Shown piece by piece: positions 1 through 11,396 of a DNA stretch of 64,000 bases. Positions within the stretch are counted from its first letter, which is position 1. The number at the start of each line of letters is the position of its first letter. A program made the translations under genes and the position numbers. The notes under the pieces were generated by a model. That model was not told where the DNA came from, ran no database searches, and saw only the letters and a program-made list of their open reading frames with translations. This DNA comes from Ranitomeya imitator (taxonomy: Eukaryota), in the NCBI RefSeq assembly GCF_032444005.1, contig NC_091282.1:861738001-861802000 (forward strand), in the 5' to 3' direction.

Positions 1-788
1 ACGGATGTGATCAGGTTATATAAATGCAGGCTTAGGCCTTATACAGACATCTGTTTTTCTAAGTACGTGCTCTATCCATTTTGTAAATGTACAAAACATA
101 TCCATGTCTGCATGGCATCTACAGCATTCTGGAATGCTGCAGATAAGCCCCCGATGTATCCTGAAAGATGAGAAAAAGAGGTTAGATTATACTCACCCAG
201 GGGAGGTCCCGTCCGATGGGCATCGCGGTCCGATCCGGGGCCTCCCATCTTCATAGGATGACGTCCTCTTCTTGTCTTCATGCTGCGGCATCGGCATACT
301 TTATCTGCCCTCAACAGGGCAGACAAAGTACGCCTGCGCCGAAGCTGCAGCGTGAAGACAAGAAGAGGACGTCATCGTAAGAGATGCAAACTCGGCTTTG
401 GGAAAATGGCCGCCGCGATCTCTAATGCGCACGCGCGGCATCCCGCGGCCATTTTCCTGAAGCCCCGTGCAGCAGAGCACTCGATCTGCGCACGCGCGGC
501 CCCAGGAAGATGGCCGCCCCCACCGACGAAAGGGATGACAGCGCAGATCGCGCGCTGCTTGTTCACCACTACGCCACCAACGTAAAGCTGAGGAAGAACC
601 AGCGATGTCACCACGCCCTCCCGACCTGACCAGCCTGATTGACAGGCGAAAACGGCGACTTTGGTAAGTTATTTCTCAGCATACATGGGGAATCGGGGTA
701 CACTACATACACTATAGGAACACACAGCGCAGGCCCTATTTAACAGTATTTATAGCTCAATCTCAAAAAACGGGGTGACAGGTTCCCT
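1..788. mobile_element. Right part of a non-autonomous Kolobok/T2-type foldback MITE
   Basis: Ends GGTGACAGGTTCCCT followed by TTAA (789-792). Its internal GCTG.AGATAAGCCCC...ATACTCACCCAGGG block resembles the complete TTAA-flanked foldback element at 27940-29319. The left end was not found in the window. Confidence 0.55.
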
Positions 789-1275
789 TTAATCTTTATT
801 TACACGTGGTTTTCCATCCCATTACCTCTTTGATTTTCAATTACATCCCATATATTCTATATGAAGATGACATCTAAATCTATCACTCTGTAAGGTCATT
901 TTATGTAGATATGCCTGCTGAAGCTAAACATGGACAACACACTTGTTATTTTTCACATCACAGTAGGTCTCTGCCCCCTTATTATTCATATTGGTTAACG
1001 TCTCCTCGCTCGGAAAGGCCACAGAGTTTTAGAATAAAACATACACAGCTCCAATAATGCAGCTGGTGTCCGATTCATGCTGCCTATGTTTTGGTCAGGA
1101 CGAATCTCATGACAGCTTCACTGGTTGATTTAAAGGGAGTGGAGTCTACCTCCCATTCCTCCTCCTGGGTCAGTCCTTGGCTGTCCATTACCTCAAAAAT
1201 GTACTTTGAAATCCTCATTTCAACCAATAAAGTCTTATCCGATTCTGCTCCTTCTTGCTATGTCTACCACTCTTA

Positions 1276-1360
1276 AGGCCCCCATACACATTAGACTAGA
1301 GTGAACGGTACCTGCCGAAATCGGTGGGAACAGCCAACAGTTTAATGTGTGTGTGGACCT
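1276..1360. mobile_element. Degenerate small Harbinger-type MITE (may extend to about 1505)
   Basis: TTA|AGGCCCCCATACACATTA ... TAATGTGTGTGTGGACCT form an imperfect inverted pair. Confidence 0.4.
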
Positions 1361-1602
1361 TCTCACTTTTGCCCGACAGATGATGGAGAGGCAGAAGGAT
1401 CTGGCCAGTTGAATTTCAATGGCCAACCCTTTTATCCAAAGCCAAGAGTTCCTGAGTACAGGGAAATTGGAACAGATTGCCATCAGCCTACAGCTATCTA
1501 ATGTGTGAAATTCTAACGGTCTGATGATGATGTTGATGGGGAGTGGAGTGGGTCGGACTCTGATCACAACTGTGTTTTCAGTTCGATTTCTCTCTTTAAT
1601 TA

Positions 1603-2096
1603 AGGCCCCTTTCACACAGCAGTTTTTTGCCATCAGTCGCAATCTGTTGAAATTTGAAAAAAAAAAAAACGGATCTGGTGACTGAAGCCCCCGAAACCGT
1701 TTTTTTTCTCATAGACTTGTATTAGAGACAGATTGCGACAGATAGCCTCAAGTTTCATCCGTCGTTCACCGGATCTGTCAAAAATTGTACAGTGGTCGGA
1801 GGCAACGGACATAGTAACATTTTGTGTCCGTCAAAAAAACGGACAGCGACCGTCGTTTGCTAGAATGGAAGCCTATGGCACCGGATCCGTCAAATGATGG
1901 AATCCGGTGACGGATTCCGTTTTTTGTTTTTTTTTTAACAGATCATGCTCCGATTTTTTTAGGCTACAATTAGCTGGATCCGGTGAAAAAAACATATCCA
2001 TCGCATCAGTTTTTCACAATCTGCAACGGATCCGTTTTTTTTCTAAATTCGATGGATTGTGCCTGACGGTAAAAAACTGATGTGTGAAAGGGGCCT
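1603..2096. mobile_element. Harbinger-type MITE
   Basis: TIR AGGCCCCTTTCACAC / GTGTGAAAGGGGCCT, TWA-type flanks, internal ACGGATCCG palindromic repeats, non-coding. Confidence 0.75.
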
Positions 2097-2352
2097 TAAA
2101 GAGCAGAGAAGCAAAATTCATTATTAAAATGGATCTGTAAAAAGGATGCAAACATGAAGCAGAAGTGCTTCACTGACTATACACAAGAACTTCTGTGAGC
2201 TCTTTACTTTTCAATATGGGAGAAATGGAGAAAGTTTAGTTGAAAATCACTTTATAAAAGGAAAAAAGCTTTGATATACATAATCATGAAAGTATCTAAA
2301 GGTTAATACCTAGCTGGCATTACAATTACTTGGCCACAAATGTTTTCCTTAC

Positions 2353-2475
2353 CTGCTTGAGAGCTGCCAGACAGACGAACCGTATTAAAATAAGGAGTCA
2401 CCACAGAGACAAGGAAAGTAATAAGAGCAAGGATCAAAATAAATCTCCCCATCCAGAACGCAATTTCCTTCAAGC
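2353..2475 (-). CDS. Candidate exon of unidentified host gene
   Basis: Acceptor TTTTTGTCTTTTATGTTAG and donor CAG|GTAAGG; 123 nt. The phase-1 reading is hydrophobic (GLKEIAFWMGRFILILALITFLVSVVTPYF). The phase-2 reading, which matches the upstream exon, gives LEGNCVLDGEIYFDPCSYYFPCLCGDSLF*. The true frame is unresolved. Confidence 0.5.
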
Positions 2476-2785
2476 CTAACATAAAAGACAAAAAGTGACA
2501 AACAATCAAAGTAATTTGTACAGAAGTGTTTTACTAGCACAGAGGCTCAAGCTTCATTGATTAGCTTTATAAGCAGAACAGAACCATCAATAGCATTCAA
2601 ATCTGCATGAAAGGAAACTTGGAATTACTGCACGTCGGATTCGCTTTAGACAACCATTCTTGATCCCCAGACTTTACTTTGATTGCATATGTTCATTTTT
2701 AGTGGATAACTAGAGTTTTTAATTTTAAAGGGAGTTTCAAACTAGTGTTTTGGCCCCATATAATGCCCGTACTGAATGTACTCAC

Positions 2786-3131
2786 TGCTGCTCTCCCTCT
2801 TTTTGTTTCATTCCTTGTGGATCTTGAGAGTTGATAAAGGGAAACTCTGCTGAAAAGGGTCTTGAAAAAGTGCAGGCAGATGTCCACCATATCTGACAAT
2901 ATGTATTAGTGACAGCAGTAGGGCTGTCAACTGTACTACAGTCACCGGATGTTAGCCACTGGGGCCGATTTATTAAGCTACATGTGCCACAATCCTGACG
3001 TCTAGAGGACCTTTTAACAAATGTTTCATGTTGAGTTGGACACAACATATAATAGTGGCTACAGAACAGAATAAAATATGTTATTTTATTTCACCTCTCC
3101 TTTGCAGAGATATTAGCAAAGTATGTGCCAC
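2786..3131 (-). CDS. Candidate exon(s) of unidentified host gene (3095-3131 and 2786-3058)
   Basis: Strong acceptor (T)14CATTCGTTAG at 3132 and donor GCA|GTGAGT at 2785. 2786-3058 is a 91-codon Cys-containing open frame. 3059-3094 is either a 36-nt GT-AG mini-intron or in-frame sequence containing a TGA. Confidence 0.5.
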
Positions 3132-3751
3132 CTAACGAATGAAAAAAAAAAAAAAGTCCAAGTGGGTGTTATCAGACAGTGAGACACGCTCTGCAGTGAG
3201 ATCAGGCTGTCATATGTCATAAGGAACAGTCTGTTCTCTAATAGATATAAAGACAGACCGCTCTAATGTCACTAATGTAAGTACAACAGATATTAAGTGT
3301 GGTTATTCACAACTCTGAACATGGAGTGTGGGAAATGGGCAGTACAGCAGAGCTACAGTGCTAGGAGAGCTGATAGGAGGGCTTGTAAGTTGACAAAAAC
3401 TCAGCTGTGCTGCTCTGCCCCCTTCAGCAACCTTATCTGGTAGGTGTTAAGGTACCTTCACACTGAGCGAAGCTGCAGCGATATAGACAACGATACGACC
3501 AAAAGGCGATCGCTGGAGCGTCGCTGTTCAGATCGCTGTAGAGACGTCAAACACACCAACGTTCGAACGATGCCGGAGCGATACAGTGACGTAACAGCGA
3601 CTCACGGATCGTTGTCGCTGGTTGCTTGCTTCACGTCAAACAGCAGTGGTGTAAACGATCCGATGAATTGGCAGTGTAGTCAGATAGGTGTCACCCAGGT
3701 GGGTGACACCCAGATAGGTGTCACCCAGGATGTGACGTCCCGGCGTCTCAG

Positions 3752-3767
3752 AATATAAACCGCGACT
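3752..3767 (+). promoter_or_regulatory. Inward-facing TATA core promoter motif at Harbinger left end (also 11952-11967)
   Basis: AATATAAACCGCGACT, followed by an exon-like segment ending in donor CG|GTATGT at 3945. Confidence 0.55.
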
Positions 3768-4727
3768 CTACAGCGATTGATTCACATTGTTCGAGAGCTG
3801 CGTATGCATGTTTTTCCTGCATTTCTAGCGTCCTGTCCGGAACGATCCTTCTCCAGCTACGATCCTCTTCTACCGTGAACGTTCTGTTCGGAACGCCGTA
3901 CTCCACTGCCGGCGTCTTCATCGGTTCTTTTATTGCTCATCAACGGTATGTTCAATTTTTTTTTTTTTTTGTATAGTAATGGCTATGTAGTAATGCTAGA
4001 CGCAATGCTTATCTAAGTATATGGTATAGTAATGTATAAAACATATCTGGCAGCTATCTTGTGCATCTGGTAAGCGGACACACAAGATGGAGGCACTTTC
4101 GGATGCAGTTTGCAAACTATTTGGCGCTGTGTAGCATTTTTTGCGCAAACTATATGGTAAGGCCAACCAACTCTTTTGTGTCTACCTTGGCTTAGCTGTT
4201 CCTGGCCTGCTCCGCAAGTAAATAAAAACAGCTCACAACTGGTAAACTAATTTTTTTTTTTTCACAAACTGACCTTATTTTTTTTTGATCAAGAGACAAT
4301 CACTGTCACGCTATCTATATTCATCAAGTACGGTGTCAGAAAAAATGAATTCATGATAAACATATACAGGCTCCTGAATTCACTATTTCTGACACCTGGC
4401 AGGTGAGCATAGATATGTACCGTGTGACAACCATTGTCCCCTCAATTTGTGTGATTATGGAGATGCATGTAATATTTTTGGCCCACCTCATATCTGTATA
4501 CTACAGACACACCAAGCTGCAGTCTTTTCATTTTTAACTACTGGAGATATTATGTGGGCCAAAAAGTGTGTGTGGCGACGTTTCTTGGCGCACGGTGTGT
4601 TGCCGGCGGCTATAGACACAATAAACCAAACATAATTGTGTCAAATCAAACTTTTTTTATGTTGTTAACTGAAAAATAACAAGTAACAGAACAATATCCC
4701 AAACAATGAAAGAAAAAAAAAAAAAAA

Positions 4728-6332
4728 TCAGAACCTCCCACGCCTCAAGAGGTGTCGCAGCGTGCGGCCATGTTGCTGTACTTGTTGCAGCATGAGCGCT
4801 GCTGTCCGCTCCAGGCGGTCTTGCTTGGCCAGCAGCTCTCTCACGGTGTCCGGTTCTGTGATAGAAGAGGTTGGAGAATGGACAGTGATTAAGCTGCAAC
4901 GGTGGCATGTGTTTACATAACCAGCAATTTTACGGTACCGTCAAAAATAACGATTTTTGTAACGATATCTTTGATTTCTGTGAAGTTGCAACGATATTGT
5001 TAACGCAATCGTTCTGTGTGACAGCGACCCAGCGACCACACAGTGACTTACCAACGATCACGACCAGGTCGTATAGCTGGTAATGATCGTTAGTAAATCG
5101 TTTATTGTAAAATGGTACTTTTAACTACACACTCAATTTTGTACTGCCCCAGAGGGCATTTTTTAGGTTCAATGTTTTAGAGTCCGTTTAGTCGTTGTCA
5201 AATGTGACATCCCACCGATAACCCCCTCCCACTTTCTCAATACTTACGGAAAAGGGACGCCTGTTGCTCATCCGCGGAGCTGCTGACCACCCATCCCCTG
5301 GCTCGGGCCACAGCTCCTGCTGCTGAAAGGAAGCAAATACATATCTGGTTAACAATTGAACTCACTGTGGTGAAGCGCTCGCTGGTTTTGTCACTTACGA
5401 ATGCTTGTCGCTGGAGAGAATGACGCCGACCCGGGGGAGGAAGATGGGTGTTGAAAGGGCGGGGTTGTGGCCTGCGGTGGGGTTACTGCACCTGTAATGT
5501 ACACAATATTTAACCTCCCTACTAATGGCCCGTATGGCGTCATTAAATTCTAAAAAAGGGTGGTTAACTTACGTGACGACACTGGCTGTGGGCTTCCGCT
5601 GCTAGCCGCTGTACTGCTGGCTGCAGTGGGTGCTGTCCTCTGCCGGCGGCGTCTCTCTACACCCCAAAAAAAGACACGCAAGGTTTAGACACCAGAAGTA
5701 CAGAGCTGTAGACTTAAATAAAAAATTAAGTAGGCGCCATCGCAATTGCCAGACATGAGGGGTAACTTACGTGACGGCCCTGGCTGTGGGCGTACGCTGC
5801 TGGCCGCTGTAGTCCTCTGCTGGCGTTGTCTCTCTATACACAAAAAATAAAGAAACACAATGTTTACACACCAAAGTACAGAGCTTCCGACACCCCCACA
5901 AATAACAAACCTAGGCCAGTGGCATAAAGGAATAAAATTTAAATTTAACTCCCCAAATCGAGGTACATATATAGAAGGTGGGAAGCGCCACACGGCAGTG
6001 CGAGTGTCCCTATTCCCCCCTCCCGATACTGTGTGTCTCCCAATTACACTATACTGTTACTTGCCTTGCCTGGTCTCTGCCCGCAACGTTGCCAGATAAA
6101 GTGGCTGTTTGTACCGGAGGTCGGCCCACTTTTTGCGCAGCTGCAGCGCACTGCGCCGGATGCCGAACCTCCGCTCCATCTTCTGGGCAATGTGGCGCAA
6201 CACCTCATTCTTGTGTAGATTTGGGTGTGCTGGGCGACTCTCCCGGCCCTCATAGTCCATGGCATCCATTTTTTTTACAAAAAAGCGGACCTCTGTCTGC
6301 CCCAAAGGAGGACATCGCTGTCTCGCCGCCAT
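4728..6332 (-). CDS. Third Harbinger gene: six-exon Myb/SANT-like (trihelix-type) protein with C-terminal coiled-coil-like segment, 236 aa, copy A
   Basis: Exons 6065-6332, 5771-5833, 5573-5656, 5399-5491, 5248-5322 and 4728-4855. All introns are phase 1. The first donor is AAG|GCAAGT, the other four are GTAAGT, and all acceptors are YAG. The 711 nt splice into one open frame. N-terminus contains IAQKMERRFGIRRSALQLRKKWADLR. Start context AAAATGG. Confidence 0.85.
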
Positions 6333-6638
6333 TTTAGCAAGAGAGACGCTGTATGGCACCACCCAGCCACGCCCAGAGGAGGTCCTTCATTCTACCGTTC
6401 TGGCGCGCAATTCGCAACGCTATAGCGTCTCCATTTATGCACACCGTCGCGGGTGTGACGTCGGCTCCAGAAGTCACTATTTGGCGTTCCCGTTATAAAT
6501 CAGCAGCGCTCATCGTCCTGTTTGTTTCAGTGGATGGTACATTTAATGGAGGGTATCTATGGGGTATGGCTGTTGTGTTAACGTTGCTTACAATTAGCCA
6601 TGTATATCTCTGTGTATGTATATATATGTGTGTGTATG

Positions 6639-6688
<50 letters not shown>

Positions 6689-6833
6689 CTTACATCCTAT
6701 GTTAACATTTTTGTCAAATGGTGCAGCATCGGTGACGCAACGGAGAATGCATTACAGTATTGGATGTCTTGTGTAAGTTTTGAAAATGATATGTAGTAAT
6801 TTTTTTTTTTCTTTTTTCCTTTCTCAGGTTGCC

Positions 6834-8093
6834 ATGTCTCATTCGGATGTACCTGTGATTGTTGCGGCCGCGTTATTGGTAGAAGCTCACAACCAGCTGG
6901 AGGTTCAAGCGCGAAACAATCGTGTAAAGCGTCAGCGCCGCATGTGGACCAAACAGTGGCTGCAGAAGAGGAATCAATTGTCCCATATGGGCCTTATAAG
7001 GGAACTGCAGGATAACAACCCGCATGATTTTCGTAACTACCTGAGAATGTCGGAGGACTCATTTAATGTCCTACTTGCAGCTGTAGAACCTTATATCAGG
7101 CGGCAAAATACACAGATGAGAGCAGCTGTCCCTGTGGATGAGAGGCTGGCTGTCACGCTGCGTTTCCTGGCGACTGGCAGGTCTATGCAAGACTTGCATT
7201 ACAGCGCAGCTATATCCCGATCCCTACTCAGCGTCATCATCCCAGAGACATGCAAAGCTATTGTCTCAGTTTTACACCGCAGTTACATGCCTTTCCCACA
7301 GACCCCGGATGACTGGAAAGAGATTTCAAGGGGATTTGAGGAGCAATGGCAGTTCCCTAATTGCGGTGGGGCCTTGGATGGCAAACATGTACGCATCACC
7401 CAACCACCACACTCTGGCTCCTTTTATTATAACTATAAGGGATATTTCAGCATAATTCTCATGGCCCTCGTAAATGCTAACTATGATTTCATAAGTGTGT
7501 CTGTTGGGATTAACGGGAGAGTATCCGATGGAGGAGTTTTGGAGCACACAGATTTTGGGGAACGCTTGAAAAATAATAAACTTGCCTTGCCGCCCAACAG
7601 TGACACAACAGAAAACATGAACTTTGTCTTTGTCGGAGATGAGGCTTTCCCACTGCATCCCAACCTTTTGAAGCCCTTCTCCCAGAAGACTCTGACACCG
7701 GAACGACGAATCTTTAATTACAGACTTTCAAGAGCTAGACGCGTTGTGGAAAATGCATTCGGAATTATGGCAAACCGATTTCGGGTTTTCCACACAGCAC
7801 TAAACATGAAACTAACGTCTATTGACTCTGTGGTGCTTGCTTGTTGTGTCCTCCACAACTTTCTACGTCGCCGTGATGCCACTGCATACAGCCCTCCACA
7901 GTATGTAGACTCTGTGGACCAGGGTAACGGAGATGTAACCCAGGGCGAATGGCGTCTAGACGCGCACAGGGTTTGTGGTTTGGAAAGTCTGGGTTCTGGA
8001 AGGTACTGTGATGATGCAACGAATAGCAGGGACAAATACTCTGACTTTTTCAATGGGCCAGGGGCTGTCCCATGGCAGTATCAACAGCTGTAA
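6834..8093 (+). CDS. Harbinger DDE transposase (HARBI1-like), 419 aa, copy A
   Basis: Motifs GALDGKH, VGDEAFP and RRVVENAFG (D-D-E) and an N-terminal HTH region (LAVTLRFLATG). The ATG follows acceptor TTCCTTTCTCAG at 6827; the first 18 codons of the ORF-track call are intronic. Confidence 0.95.
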   Translation: MSHSDVPVIVAAALLVEAHNQLEVQARNNRVKRQRRMWTKQWLQKRNQLSHMGLIRELQDNNPHDFRNYLRMSEDSFNVLLAAVEPYIRRQNTQMRAAVPVDERLAVTLRFLATGRSMQDLHYSAAISRSLLSVIIPETCKAIVSVLHRSYMPFPQTPDDWKEISRGFEEQWQFPNCGGALDGKHVRITQPPHSGSFYYNYKGYFSIILMALVNANYDFISVSVGINGRVSDGGVLEHTDFGERLKNNKLALPPNSDTTENMNFVFVGDEAFPLHPNLLKPFSQKTLTPERRIFNYRLSRARRVVENAFGIMANRFRVFHTALNMKLTSIDSVVLACCVLHNFLRRRDATAYSPPQYVDSVDQGNGDVTQGEWRLDAHRVCGLESLGSGRYCDDATNSRDKYSDFFNGPGAVPWQYQQL

Positions 8094-8401
8094 CGTAACT
8101 GTTGGCATAACTTTTACCATGTATTATGGATGATATTGTTGGGGGGTTCAAGTGCTCTTGTGTAAAAGTGCTCATTTTTAACAATTTTTGGATGACCCAT
8201 GATACTCCTTTTTCTGTAATAAATGTGAACATAACGATATATCTATTTGTTATTTCTTATTATTTTACATACATACCAATACATACCAATATACATATAT
8301 ATCTATGAACATACTCTACTTCTGTATCAATCATATGAAACCTGTGAGTCTGCAGCATCCTATGCACTAGTGATTTCCTGATGTGTGTGTGTATATATAT
8401 T

Positions 8402-9260
8402 AGTAGATGTTCACCATATTCTAAAGGTACCTTCACACTCATCGACTCTGCAGCGATACCGACAATGACGTCGATCGCTGTTTGGTCGCTGGAGAGCTGT
8501 CACACAGACAGCTCTCCAGCGAGCACCGATCCAGAAGTCCACGGGTAACCAGGGTAAACATCGGGTTACTAAGTGCAGGGCCGCGATTATTAACCCGATG
8601 TTTACCCTGGTTACCGTTGTAAATGTTAAAAAAAAATTACAATACATACTTACATTCACGCTGTATGGTCATGTCCCTCGCCTTCAGCTTCCAGCACTGA
8701 CTCAGCGCCGGGCGTAAAGTACAACGGTGATGTCAACGCTGTGCTTTACTACCGGACGGCGCTCACCAGTCAGTGCGGGAAGCCGAAGGCGAGGGACTTG
8801 ACCATACAGCGGGAATGTATGTACTGTTTGTTTTTTTAACATTGACAACGGTAACCATGGTAAACATCACGTTACTAAGAGTGGCCCTGCACTTATTAAC
8901 CCAATGTTTCCCTTGTTTCTTGTGACGACATCGCTGAATCGGCGTTACACATGCTGTGTGTAACGCCGATTCAGCGATGTCAGCGGGAGATTCAGCAACC
9001 AAAAAAAGTGCTGTACTTTCCCCAGCGACCAATGATCTCCCAGCATGGGCCTGATCGCTGGACGCTGTCACACAACAATTTAGTTAACGATATCGTTGCT
9101 ACGTCACAAAAAGCAACGATATCGTTAACAATATAGTTATGTGTGACGGTAATGTATTGGGTATTCTAGCATTTGCATGTCCCCGTCGCATATTGCCCAG
9201 CAACGTAGTATATTGACCAGCGGCGTCATTTATTGCCAAGCCAAAGAGACACGTAGTACA
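8402..9260 (-). mobile_element. Decayed Helitron-like 3' end fragment inside the Harbinger, split by the MITE
   Basis: 8402-8424 joined to 9153-9220 resembles the reverse complement of the Helitron-like end at 47761-47842 (ACTAGATGGTGGCCCGATTCTAA.GCATCGGGTATTCTAGAATATGCATGTCCACG). Confidence 0.55.
8425..9149. mobile_element. Harbinger MITE nested inside the autonomous element (copy B: 16614-17338)
   Basis: TAA|AGGTACCTTCACACT ... GTGTGACGG|TAA. The right TIR lacks its terminal TACCT. The internal GGTAACCAGGGTAAACATCGGGTTACTAAG palindrome is shared with the MITEs at 21769 and 32186. Confidence 0.85.
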
Positions 9261-9457
9261 TACACAAATTTAAGAAACCAAAAATTTAATTATTTGTATT
9301 AAAAATTTTATTATTTTTTATTACAATACTTTTTTAATGTTGATGAGGCATAGGGGATTAATGACCGGGTGCCAGGAGGATGCCTGCAGGGGAGAAGGCA
9401 TAGGGGATTACTTGTGGAGCATCTAAAACACAAGTCTCATTTATTTCAACTACAACA

Positions 9458-10756
9458 CTACAAATTTTGGTAGTAAGTGTCCATCTCACTGTAGTGGTGC
9501 GTGGCCATAGGAGGTCCTTGTGATAAGTCACCAAAAGAAGGGGGTGCAGGTGGTGTCCGGAACTGAGAATTATGTGGCCCAGGTCTGCGGACAGGAGTGC
9601 TGTGCATGGGCTCCTGTTGGTGTCCCCAATAAAAATGGGCACTGGGCTGACGGACGTCAATGCTCAATGTTGATGTGTCGCATAGTTTTCCTGCGGCTGC
9701 CGCGTTCATAACGTCAAACATTATTCTCTCCGCGTGAGATCTTTGGGTATCATCCAGTCTGTTTAAACGTTCCTCAACCAAGGATGCGAATGGGGAGAGT
9801 TTGGTTGTGACGTGCTTGGACAAGATGCTGTTGGCCACTGCCAGGAGATCCACAGGTGTGGCTGCTGTTGATTTTCTTTTTCTAGATGGGCGCAGTGGAC
9901 ATGTCTGCTCCTCGACAGACGGGCTACTGGAGGACTGAGGGGACTGGACATTGTTCGCTTCCGTTGTTTCCCGCTGTTGCAGAGGCACCTGCAATTACAT
10001 GAAAAAGAAAAATTTAAAATAAATAACATACAAACGACTCTGCCACACAGCCCTAGAGAGCCCACACCTCCCCAAACACCTCTATGCCCATTGGAACCTA
10101 TGAGGAACAGTTACCTGGGTTAAAAAACAAAGGGGTTAAAGAGCTGTGCTGAACTACATTGGCCGGCAATACTGTACGAATGTGCGGAAGACACAATGTT
10201 AATTACGGACACAGGAAGTGGCAGCTGTTATCATCAGGGGGATTAAACATGAACAACGTGACTCACTATTACTGGAAGCCATGCAGTCTCATAAACATAC
10301 AAGACACACGGCATGCTACAAGAAGGGAAGCTTGGGGCTACTTACATGGTCGTCAGGAGACTCAGGCAGGATATCTTCGGGCGATGGCTCACAAAGGCTA
10401 GTCACAGTCTGGCACGGGCGAGGGATCTCTTGGTCTCTAGTGAATGCCATCAGGTCGTAATACCACAGCCTGGGCACATAGACTTCCTCAGTTCCGGCCC
10501 CAGACTTCTTAGAATTTTCCACTTTGTTGACCTCTTTTTTGAAAACTGTGCGGAGAGCCTGGATCTTTTTCCTCACAATGTTTTCATCCACGGTCTCTGT
10601 GGGATGATACTCCCTGTAGACGGCCACCAGCTTCTCATACGCTTCTCTCTTCATGTAACGGTTGCTATAATCCTTAGATTTTATCTTCCACAAACAGGGC
10701 AGGGAGCGGTACATCTCTATGAGTGCCCGAACACAGTCCTGCTCATTTGTAGACAT
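9458..10756 (-). CDS. MADF (Myb/SANT-like) DNA-binding partner protein, 2 coding exons, 313 aa, copy A
   Basis: Exons 10346-10756 (donor CAT|GTAAGT) and 9458-9988 (acceptor TAATTGCAG), joined in phase 0. MADF signature LIEMYRSLPCLW...YSN...KKIQALRT...LWYYDLMAF. An upstream non-coding exon has its donor at 11221 (CG|GTGAGT). Confidence 0.9.
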
Positions 10757-11396
10757 CTTTAAAAAATAAAAAAATAAAAGTTAAGAAACAGCAAAAATTA
10801 AAAGTTTGATGAGCCGTATGCCGTTCCTATTGTTATCAGTCATTTTTTGTATGGGATGGTCCGTGGGACTATTTCCACCATTTAGGGGATGGGATGGGGG
10901 CCGTTTGTGTGTTTCCCCATAGCCACCATTTGGGGATGGGATGAGGGCTATTTTTATCCATTTTGAGCGTTGAAAAATTTGTAAATTCTATTGGCTGCTA
11001 TTTTGTCAATGGCCAATTTCATGTTGGTGAAACACACCATACTACAAAATCGTTTGCATTACCACTTAAAATGGAAATACTACGACGCTAAAGCGTCTTT
11101 GGTTATAAACGTGAAAGCTCTAAAAAAAAATCACTGCTGAGATGTAGTATACATCTATTTCTAGACACATAAATTAGTATTGCTGCATGGCAAATGAATA
11201 CAGCACAAGGATATACTCACCGTAGATGTACTAATTGAGAACGCTGCAGAGTTGAAGATCTACAAACAGGTCGCTCAAAAGTTACAGCCAAGACGCCCAC
11301 GAGTTGATGGAGAAGGAACACGATGGATTTCGAACCAAGACGCACACGAGATGCTCGTGGATGGCAGAGTACGCACAAGTGATTGAAAAGTTGTAA

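Noticed and set aside
1080-1255. Minus-strand open frame QEGAESDKTLLVEMRISKYIFEV...VLTKT* as a terminal host exon
   Set aside because: No convincing polypyrimidine acceptor, and the phase link to upstream exons is unresolved.
3092-3094. In-frame TGA as selenocysteine
   Set aside because: No redox motif context, no SECIS identified by eye, and the surrounding 36 nt look intronic.
3946-4650. Possible fourth Harbinger gene on + (several GT donors, ORF 4447-4635, AATAAA near 4620)
   Set aside because: Candidate exons contain stops and their phases do not join; part of the region is a hairpin MITE relic. At most a non-coding or decayed unit.
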